Shown piece by piece: positions 57,705 through 64,000 of a stretch of 64,000 nt of DNA (the stretch's first letter is position 1; the number at the start of each line of letters is the position of its first letter). The notes under the pieces are model-generated. The model did not search any database. It was not told the origin of the DNA and saw only the letters and a program-made list of their open reading frames with translations. This DNA comes from Syntrophomonadaceae bacterium (GTDB lineage: Bacteria; Bacillota; Dethiobacteria; DTU022; UBA8154): NCBI GenBank assembly GCA_003563385.1, contig PWRZ01000181.1:3146-67145 (forward strand), read 5' to 3'. The translations under genes were made by a program, and so were the position numbers.

Positions 57705-58691
57705 GTGATGATGAAATGCAGTTCTTGCGGCGCGGACCTGGTTGAAGGATCAAAGTTTTGCATTATCTGCGGGCTAAAATTGAACGAAATAGTAGAAGAA
57801 GAGAGCGATAAGGAAAAGGAAGGACTGCCGTCAAATGAAGAAACAAAAGAAGCAGTTTGCCATTCCTGCAAAGCACCGCTGAGAAAGGAAGCACTGTTTT
57901 GTGTTTCTTGCGGAGCCAAAGCAGGTGAACCGCAGGAGAAGCCGGCTGATCCCGCCCTGACGCTGCCTCAAGAGGAAGAAAAGGCGGGAGAAAAAGTTTG
58001 TCCTTCGTGCAATGGTGCTTTGAAAAGGTCGGCCAACTTTTGTGTTCACTGCGGCACCCCTGTATATCAAACAGAGGATGAAATTGCCGATGCTCTTTCA
58101 ACGGCAGAAAAGAAAGAGCAATCTGAACCGGCTGTTACGGCTGGTGAGGAGAGGCAGGAAGAAGGTGCAGCTGAATGTGCGGCGGATTACGGTTTGCTTG
58201 AAGAGGTGAGCAGCCAGGAAAAAGTACTCGAAGAGGTAAACAATCACGAAAGAGTACCGGAGCTTGATCCAGTTTCCACCTCTACCGGTGATTACAGGAG
58301 TGGCCAACAGGAGCCGCTTAAAAACTGGGAGGTTACTGCAGGCGAGGAGCAGGACAGGCAGGCTGATAGCCTTGATATAATCCCGTTCAGCAAAGGGGTT
58401 GTTTCGCGGATCACTTTTCGTGAATCACCACAGGCCCCAAAAGTGGTTGTCAGGGGTAAGATCAAATGCCACGGATGCCGGAAGCAGACCCTGTTTACAA
58501 TTACGTCGCAACGGGGATGGGGGGGTGCCAATGACCCTGTAACCTGTCCCTGCGGAAACGATATTGTAATCGGTGAATACTGGAAAGAGAGCATCGATGC
58601 CATCTTTGTTTGGGCTTCTCTGGAGCCCCCTGATGAATCTTACCGGCACTGTCCTCTGTCAATCTTTATAAACAGTGTCACCGCAGAATAA
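57705..58691 (+). CDS. Soluble multi-zinc-ribbon protein (three tandem CxxC-N11-CxxC ribbons plus a C-terminal Cys4 domain). Gene B
   Basis: CSSCG..CIICG, CHSCK..CVSCG, CPSCN..CVHCG; an acidic linker; a C-terminal ..CHGC...CPCG.. No TM segment. Confidence 0.7.
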   Translation: MMMKCSSCGADLVEGSKFCIICGLKLNEIVEEESDKEKEGLPSNEETKEAVCHSCKAPLRKEALFCVSCGAKAGEPQEKPADPALTLPQEEEKAGEKVCPSCNGALKRSANFCVHCGTPVYQTEDEIADALSTAEKKEQSEPAVTAGEERQEEGAAECAADYGLLEEVSSQEKVLEEVNNHERVPELDPVSTSTGDYRSGQQEPLKNWEVTAGEEQDRQADSLDIIPFSKGVVSRITFRESPQAPKVVVRGKIKCHGCRKQTLFTITSQRGWGGANDPVTCPCGNDIVIGEYWKESIDAIFVWASLEPPDESYRHCPLSIFINSVTAE

Positions 58692-58816
58692 AACCACCAA
58701 AAGCAAATGACTTCTGTAATACAGGGGGCGGGTTGAATCTCCAATAGTAACGTCAGCAGGGAATGCTGCATCACTATAATTACTTTAATTGGGAAATTGG
58801 GAGGCTGAAGCGTGCC

Positions 58817-59119
58817 ATGTTTTGCACAAACTGTGGGTTCAATAATGAAGATGAGCATAAATTTTGTATGAAGTGCGGCTTCAAACTGCGCGAAGCGGCC
58901 GCCGTTCCACATACGGCGCCACCGGATGTGCTGCCTGGGCAGCCCAGTGGACAGCACGCTGCCGCAGTCCCTTCGAGAAGATGGCTGTTGTGGATTGCCG
59001 CTCCTTTAGTGTGCCTTCTGGTACTGGTTATTGTTTTTCTTACGCTGCCTGAAAAAGATGTCGATATTGTCATCATACAGAATGCGGGAGAGACAGCCGG
59101 CAGTTTTGATATTTGTTAA
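58817..59119 (+). CDS. Zinc-ribbon / single-TM small membrane protein (gene C)
   Basis: MFCTNCG...CMKCG, then a TM (LLWIAAPLVCLLVLVIVFL) and a short extracellular tail. GGGAGG Shine-Dalgarno 12 nt before ATG 58817. Confidence 0.6.
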   Translation: MFCTNCGFNNEDEHKFCMKCGFKLREAAAVPHTAPPDVLPGQPSGQHAAAVPSRRWLLWIAAPLVCLLVLVIVFLTLPEKDVDIVIIQNAGETAGSFDIC

Positions 59120-59174
59120 AGTCGCTGGCCGCATGCCGGCCGTAGAGAAGTAGATTATAAGGGAGAGGAATGTA

Positions 59175-59972
59175 ATGTACTGTATAAGTTGCGGCAGGAA
59201 AGCCGTAGATAACTCCCAGTATTGCAGTGAGTGTAAGCCTGTTGGGGGACCTTTTACCTCCAGCCTTGATAGGGGGCAGGAATTAAACAGCCGTTTCTTT
59301 CTAATATCCCTATCGGCGGGCTTATCAGTTGTTTATCTGGCTATTGCGGGCATGGGCATGGATGTATCCGTTGCCTACGGCGAAGAGACAGCTTTATTTA
59401 CTTTTTTTTCCTTTGTATTTATATTAACCATTACCTTTCTAGTCGTAGTGAAGCTGGTATTTATTTATAAGACATGGGCTTTAATACAGGACGGTTACGC
59501 CCGCACAACACCCGGTAAAGCTGTCGGCTTTTTATTTATCCCCTTTTTTAACCTTTACTGGGTATTCCAGGCCGTGTGGGGTTTTTCCAGGGATTACAAC
59601 AGCTTTATTTACCGCCATTCCGTTAACACTCCCCGGCTGCCGGAGAAGTTATTCCTCGCTTATGCGATCGTTAATACAGCTGTCCTGATCCCCGCTGCCG
59701 GATGGGTGATTGTTTTACTGGTGAACCCGCTCTTATTTATCGTCATGGCATTTAAAATATGTGAGACGGTCAGCATTGCATCTGCCGGCACGGTGCCGGC
59801 GGCGGACCGGCACGCTGTTGGTGCTCCACGACGGTCATTTTTTGCATTTCTTCCCTGGCCGCGCATTGAAAGCTTAATAAAAAAGGCCGCTTTACGCGAT
59901 TGCAGGCGTTTTGGTAGTATTAGCGGTCCTGGCTGTTGCCTTTTTGATTCCCCGGCCCCGGTTTTCCGTTGA
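59175..59972 (+). CDS. Zinc-ribbon polytopic membrane protein (gene D). It is probably fused in vivo, or ancestrally, to the downstream CARDB gene through a -1 shift in an A6 run
   Basis: CISCG...CSEC ribbon, then 4-5 TM helices. The last ~60 aa of the called ORF are low complexity and overlap gene E in another frame. Confidence 0.6.
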   Translation: MYCISCGRKAVDNSQYCSECKPVGGPFTSSLDRGQELNSRFFLISLSAGLSVVYLAIAGMGMDVSVAYGEETALFTFFSFVFILTITFLVVVKLVFIYKTWALIQDGYARTTPGKAVGFLFIPFFNLYWVFQAVWGFSRDYNSFIYRHSVNTPRLPEKLFLAYAIVNTAVLIPAAGWVIVLLVNPLLFIVMAFKICETVSIASAGTVPAADRHAVGAPRRSFFAFLPWPRIESLIKKAALRDCRRFGSISGPGCCLFDSPAPVFR

Positions 59973-60894
59973 AGCTTTGACGGTCCCCGAGCAGGTTATT
60001 GCCGGGGATAATTTCACTGTTGCAGTTATAGTGGAAAATACAGGCAGAGCAGAGGGCACGCGGACCCTTTCTTTAACCATAAACGAAGAGGAATATTTGG
60101 AGAAAGAAGTTTCTGTGGGAGCCGGCTCTGAAGAGACTGTACAGTTCGAAATTGAAGGGATTTTACCCGTCGGGGTGAACCAGGTTGCCCTGGAAGAGCT
60201 GGCCGGCGAGGTGAGGGTATTAAAACCGGCCCAGTTTGAATTGAGTAACTTTAGCCTTGGCCCGAACACTCTGCGGACCGGCGAACAAACGGAGCTGGCC
60301 GTGGACCTCAGCAACCTGGGCGAGGTCGAGGGCAGCTATACCCTCTCTCTGACAATCGACGGGGAAGTAGAGCAGACAAAAGAAGTTACCCTGGCCGGTG
60401 AATCGTCGACCAGGGTGTTTTTTCCCATTATAAAAAATAAACCCGGCAAATATGCGGTGGCTTTAAATGGCTTCAGCGAAACCCTCGAAGTTTGGCAGAT
60501 CGAACGCCCGGCCAACGGGACTGTCTTAATTAACGATCTTAAAGGCGGTCACGGGCATCTCAGGATATATAACGGCGACGAGCGCGATGCCGTGGTGGTG
60601 CTGTCATCACCTTCCAACCCCCAAAAGGCACTTTTGCAGGTTTATGTGCGCAGTAAAAGCAGGCATACTGTTACGGGAATTAAAAACGGTACTTACCTGA
60701 TCTATTTTTCGACCGGTGAAGATTGGGACAGCTACTCCAGTAGATTTACAAAGAGTCCTTATTACCAAAAGTTTGAGGAGAGGGCCTTATACACGGAGGT
60801 ATACCCCCGCTATAATATAATCTCCATTGAATTTAGCGTTGCAGAAGGTGCTGCCATAACGGAACGGGTTCCAGAGGACCAATTCCCCAACTGA
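59911..60894 (+). CDS. Extracellular protein with two CARDB-like Ig-fold domains and a C-terminal beta-rich domain (gene E)
   Basis: ..VPEQVIAGDNFTVAVIVENTGRAEGTRTLSLTINEEE.. and ..LSNFSLGPNTLRTGEQTELAVDLSNLGEVEGSYTLSLTIDGE.. match the CARDB pattern. N-terminal hydrophobic segment. TTG start. Confidence 0.65.
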   Translation: MVVLAVLAVAFLIPRPRFSVEALTVPEQVIAGDNFTVAVIVENTGRAEGTRTLSLTINEEEYLEKEVSVGAGSEETVQFEIEGILPVGVNQVALEELAGEVRVLKPAQFELSNFSLGPNTLRTGEQTELAVDLSNLGEVEGSYTLSLTIDGEVEQTKEVTLAGESSTRVFFPIIKNKPGKYAVALNGFSETLEVWQIERPANGTVLINDLKGGHGHLRIYNGDERDAVVVLSSPSNPQKALLQVYVRSKSRHTVTGIKNGTYLIYFSTGEDWDSYSSRFTKSPYYQKFEERALYTEVYPRYNIISIEFSVAEGAAITERVPEDQFPN

Positions 60895-61014
60895 AAGCGA
60901 TCGATATTGAAAATTAACATTTTCCACCTTTCCAATAAAATGTCCCCCGCTTGCAACTATAAGATAACTGATTCAAAACTAGACACCATTTGTGCTTTAA
61001 AAGGAGAGATACTT

Positions 61015-61692
61015 ATGTTTGAAAGCGAACCGATGAATCCCCAGCTTAAAGCTTTTTTGCGGCGCGGCCTTACACTGCTTATTTCACTTGTTATCCTGGC
61101 TTTTATCCACGCCATTGCCGCCCGACTGCCGGGAGCGGGACTGTACGTACTGCCTGGATACGGTATCATAGCTGCCGACCTGATCTCGGCGGTTATTGCG
61201 GTAGTCGCCATAATGCTGGTATGGCGTTTTGCCCGTGAGACTGGCCCATGGGTTGCGAAAGCTGTGCCCTGGCTGCCGGAGGCGGATTCCCTAATGAAAA
61301 GCGCCGTGCAGTTAATTATCGTGGTGATAGCATACACTGCCTTCATCAGTCTTATCATACCGTTCCTGGCACGTATTGGCCTTGTCTGGGTATATTATGC
61401 CGTTTTTCTGGGCCTGGGCGCTTATCCTCTATACAACGTGGCCCGCATCCTCCTGGTGAATGCAGACCGGATCGCCGCACTCATTACGGGGGACAAAGAA
61501 GGTGCCGGGGGGGCAGATCCTGCTAAAAGAGGCACCGGCGGCAATGATACTCTACCCGGGCACCCGGGAGAAGCAATGAATAGAGCCCCTGAAAGCGGGA
61601 GGTCGAATAACTGCCCCCAATGTGGTTCTGTTTTACTGCCGGAGGGCCGGTTTTGCCCGGGGTGCGGGCGAGAAAAAAAAGCTTCAAGCTGA
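61015..61692 (+). CDS. Polytopic membrane protein with a C-terminal zinc ribbon (gene F)
   Basis: Four predicted TM helices, then a G/P-rich linker and CPQCG...CPGCG at the C-terminus. AAGGAG Shine-Dalgarno 9 nt before ATG 61015. Confidence 0.65.
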   Translation: MFESEPMNPQLKAFLRRGLTLLISLVILAFIHAIAARLPGAGLYVLPGYGIIAADLISAVIAVVAIMLVWRFARETGPWVAKAVPWLPEADSLMKSAVQLIIVVIAYTAFISLIIPFLARIGLVWVYYAVFLGLGAYPLYNVARILLVNADRIAALITGDKEGAGGADPAKRGTGGNDTLPGHPGEAMNRAPESGRSNNCPQCGSVLLPEGRFCPGCGREKKASS

Positions 61693-61957
61693 ACTTGAAC
61701 ACTACAGCAGCCCGATTGCTTGAAGTACAGCTTCCTAATTAAAGTGAAAGGGCGGTGAAGTAAGGTGCAAGCTCTGGCTATGGAATATCCTCTATTATTT
61801 TGGGCACTTATCGGTTTAGTTGTTTGGAGAGTAATTAAGTCAATGTAGAGCTTCTTTCCCTATCGGTTCTATCACGATAGACTCAATAAAAGAGGCTGAC
61901 CCGGCGATGTAATAATAGAGGGATTTTGATCGGCGCGCTCTGCCGGAGGCAGTACCT

Positions 61958-62320
61958 ATGAATATCTTTGAAACGACGGCTGATTATACAACTTGTCCTG
62001 CAAATCTTGCGGTATACGTGGACTATATCCTGCAGGGAACCCATTTTTCTGGTCGGGAAGAGATAGAAGATCACCTGGCCTGCTGCCCTAAGTGCGCTAG
62101 TGAATATGCCGGCCTGCTGGGCATGGCCCTTGGAAACATGATCTATCCTCTTCTTGACCTGGTCCTGGATGTAGAAGCGGGGGCGGTAGACCTGGATTTA
62201 TTAATTGAATATAACCGCCACTGGTTTGAGATATGCACCCTCCTGGAAGAGAATGCCGGGGCCGCCGCGGCCCTGTCACACATAGGGTTACTTCAGAGCT
62301 TAGATAGTTGCCTGGGTTGA
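61958..62320 (+). CDS. zf-HC2 (putative anti-sigma factor zinc-finger) protein, gene G. It has no TM and no adjacent sigma factor
   Basis: ..CPANLAVYVDYILQGTHFSGREEIEDHLACCPKCASEYAGL.. matches the PF13490-type pattern (C..L..YlDgeL.....v..HL..C..C..e). Its stop codon is the TGA of the first TTGACA of motif copy 2. Confidence 0.55.
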   Translation: MNIFETTADYTTCPANLAVYVDYILQGTHFSGREEIEDHLACCPKCASEYAGLLGMALGNMIYPLLDLVLDVEAGAVDLDLLIEYNRHWFEICTLLEENAGAAAALSHIGLLQSLDSCLG

Positions 62321-62357
62321 CAAGGGGACGGTTGACAAGGGGACGGGGTACTTGTCA
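62317..62357 (+). repeat. Copy 2 of the motif: TTGACAAGGGGACGG-TTGACAAGGGGACGGGGTACTTGTCA
   Basis: Two direct units followed by the inverted repeat TGACAAG-N11-CTTGTCA. It ends ~32 nt before the ATG of gene H. Confidence 0.8.
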
Positions 62358-62389
62358 CCCTTAGTTAAATAATGCGGGAGGTGCGAAAG

Positions 62390-63319
62390 ATGGCCTTTTG
62401 TAGTCGTTGTGGCAACAAATTTGAGGAAGAAGGGAAATTTTGTGCGGAATGCGGTGAACCTCGCAGTGAGGCTAAACCGGATTTGCCGCAAGGGAACAAG
62501 AGTGAACGCAAACCTGCAGTGAAATTCGTGGTAGTTATTTTTACTTTATTAGTATTAACCGGTGTGGCAGTAGCAGTTGTCTCCTTTATGAATGGTGATG
62601 ATGTTGAGGTGGCGGCAGATAAAGCTCAGAACGATATGTATGAATTTGAAAATGAGCTCGAGGTTGTGGAAGATATAGCCACAGATGATATGTACGAAGA
62701 CGAGGTTGAGGGTGCAGTAGATACAGTCCCGGAGGAAGTGCAAGAAGATGAAGTAGAGGTTACGGCAGAAAGAACCCCGCACAATTGGCAGAGTTTTCAG
62801 GGCCCTGGATTCGCGTTATCGCTCCCCCCCGGATGGGAGGGAGGTACTGAGGAAGAGATGGATGCAATCATCGAGGAATTAAGATTGTTAGGGCCGGAGG
62901 GAGAAAAGCTTGCCCAGGAGATAGATTTTTACAAGCAATACTTACTCTTTTGGGCGTACGATGCTGGAAGTTTGCATCCGGAGCAATTACTGGTAAATGT
63001 GAACCTGGTCTCGGAAAATGCCAATATTTCTCTTGAAGAGTACATGAAGGCTAGCTATGAAGAATTAAAACAGATGTACGAATCGTGGGGCTACCAGGAA
63101 AAAATTATTGAACAAGGTGTTGTTTCCCTGGGGCAGAACGAGAGAGTGGCCAGGACTATTTTTGAGCAGGAAATATTTGGTGAACATACCATATGTGCCC
63201 AATATATAATAAAAAAGGGTAATACATTTTATCTTCTCACTTTTTCTGCAGAAAGCAACAAATTCAATCAATACAAGGAGACCTTTGACCAGGTTGCCGG
63301 CACCTTAAAAATAATTTAA
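62390..63319 (+). CDS. Zinc-ribbon / single-TM / extracellular sensor-like (PsbP/DUF1795-like) protein (gene H)
   Basis: MAFCSRCG...CAECG, a TM (VKFVVVIFTLLVLTGVAVAVVSF), an acidic linker, and a ~180-aa C-terminal alpha/beta domain. GGGAGGTG Shine-Dalgarno 6 nt before the ATG. Confidence 0.7.
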   Translation: MAFCSRCGNKFEEEGKFCAECGEPRSEAKPDLPQGNKSERKPAVKFVVVIFTLLVLTGVAVAVVSFMNGDDVEVAADKAQNDMYEFENELEVVEDIATDDMYEDEVEGAVDTVPEEVQEDEVEVTAERTPHNWQSFQGPGFALSLPPGWEGGTEEEMDAIIEELRLLGPEGEKLAQEIDFYKQYLLFWAYDAGSLHPEQLLVNVNLVSENANISLEEYMKASYEELKQMYESWGYQEKIIEQGVVSLGQNERVARTIFEQEIFGEHTICAQYIIKKGNTFYLLTFSAESNKFNQYKETFDQVAGTLKII

Positions 63320-63353
63320 ATTAATCTATGTTAAATTCAGCTGCCTGCTAAGG

Positions 63354-63384
63354 GTGACAAGGAAGTTGACAAGGGGGACGGGTA
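63354..63384 (+). repeat. Copy 3 (degenerate) of the motif: GTGACAAGG-aag-TTGACAAGGGGGACGGGTA. It lacks the CTTGTCA right arm
   Basis: Same orientation as copies 1 and 2. It lies ~35 nt after the gene H stop. Confidence 0.7.
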
Positions 63385-63662
63385 ATCAGTGCTTTATCTG
63401 GATCCCATGGAACTGATTGAGAGCGTCTTTTGTCCCTAGCAGACTGTGTGAAAACACTTACCAAAATTACACATTGAGCATGGTGGTCCGATTTCATAAA
63501 GAAATAATCGTCCGGGGAAGAATATCGATGAAGAATCTGGTAGTGCTGACGGCACAGATACGTCATAGACCTAGACATGGGCACCAACCGGTCTTTGCCA
63601 AACTTGCTGTTCTTCACTTCCAGAGATTTTATGGGAAACGATTACGAGTGATATGCCGAATC

Positions 63663-64000
63663 TTAAAAAATATTGTTTCGGCCTTCCAGTAGCAGGACAG
63701 CTTCTTGCGGTAAATGGGGTTTAATCCTGGCCAATATGTACCTTTCCGGGCTTCCCGGCGCCAGCCCCAGGAATGTGGCAAAATCCGCAAATGCCGCCTT
63801 AATATTTCCACTGTAGGTCAAGGCCAAACCCCGGTAATAGTAGAGTTCCTTAACTTCCGGCGAAAAGTTTATACTCCTGTCCAGCATTTCGATAGCCTGA
63901 TCATATTTGCCCAGTAAAAGAAACGCCCGGCCCGCGGAAAGATCATGTCCTATTGGATATCTATCGGGAGGAACAGTGGCTTTCCGGTAGTATTCTGCGG
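63663..64000 (-). CDS. TPR-repeat protein, C-terminal part (the gene continues beyond the window end)
   Basis: - strand reading ..EYYRKATVPPDRYPIGHDLSAGRAFLLGKYDQAIEMLDRSINFSPEVKELYYYRGLALTYSGNIKAAFADF.. shows TPR consensus positions. It is open at position 64000. Confidence 0.5.
   Translation of the reverse strand, partial: AEYYRKATVPPDRYPIGHDLSAGRAFLLLGKYDQAIEMLDRSINFSPEVKELYYYRGLALTYSGNIKAAFADFATFLGLAPGSPERYILARIKPHLPQEAVLLLEGRNNIF

Noticed and set aside
63348-63692. Small ORFs 63348..63617 (- strand) and 63417..63692 (+ strand) after gene H
   Set aside because: They overlap one another and motif copy 3. They show no domain signal and carry low-complexity Pro/Cys/His tails. They are likely non-coding spacer between gene H and the convergent TPR gene.
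1-64000. tRNA, rRNA and transposase/IS elements
   Set aside because: No T-loop (GGTTCGAATCC-like) or anticodon-arm patterns were found in intergenic regions, no rRNA-like conserved blocks, and no transposase-like ORFs. The island has no obvious mobility genes inside the window, although its far boundary lies beyond 64 kb.

Overview
This window looks like a chromosomal core segment of a spore-forming Firmicute (Clostridia-like, roughly 55% GC). Gene order follows Bacillus-type synteny almost throughout. Left to right it holds: a CBS protein, MscS, a STAS protein, a UvrD helicase and a citramalate synthase; three tandem M42 peptidases; a pantothenate operon (DUF2520 reductase candidate, panB, panC, panD); kamA; the dprA-topA-trmFO-xerC-hslV-hslU-codY block; rpsB-tsf-pyrH-frr-uppS-cdsA-dxr-rseP-ispG; rimP-nusA-ylxR-infB-rbfA-nrnA-truB-ribF-rpsO-pnp; and a sporulation block (two polysaccharide deacetylases, VanW, dut, dpaA/dpaB, dapA, RNase J). 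I saw no rRNA, tRNA, CRISPR array or transposase. The fla/che operon that sits between codY and rpsB in Bacillus is not present here. The core synteny ends at about 54.5 kb. An accessory island follows: a decayed C-terminal remnant of a sigma-54 activator; a palindrome-containing motif (TTGACAAGGGGACGG...GGTACTTGTCA) present three times; a candidate small RNA with a strong terminator; and a cluster of eight genes in which six proteins carry double-CxxC zinc-ribbon domains. Those domains are fused to membrane anchors and different extracellular domains (parallel beta-helix repeats, CARDB, a PsbP-like domain). The cluster also includes a soluble protein with four Cys4 sites and a zf-HC2 anti-sigma-like protein with no sigma factor beside it. 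I do not recognise this cluster as a described system, and it is the main candidate for something new. Other points worth a second look are: a promoter plus structured leader upstream of the pan operon (possible pan RNA motif); a perfect 6x15-bp repeat inside nusA; two homopolymer-dependent frameshifts; a terminator-type attenuator in the rimP/nusA leader; and a standalone PASTA-like small ORF. Coordinates of non-ORF features were counted by hand and may be off by 1-2 nt.
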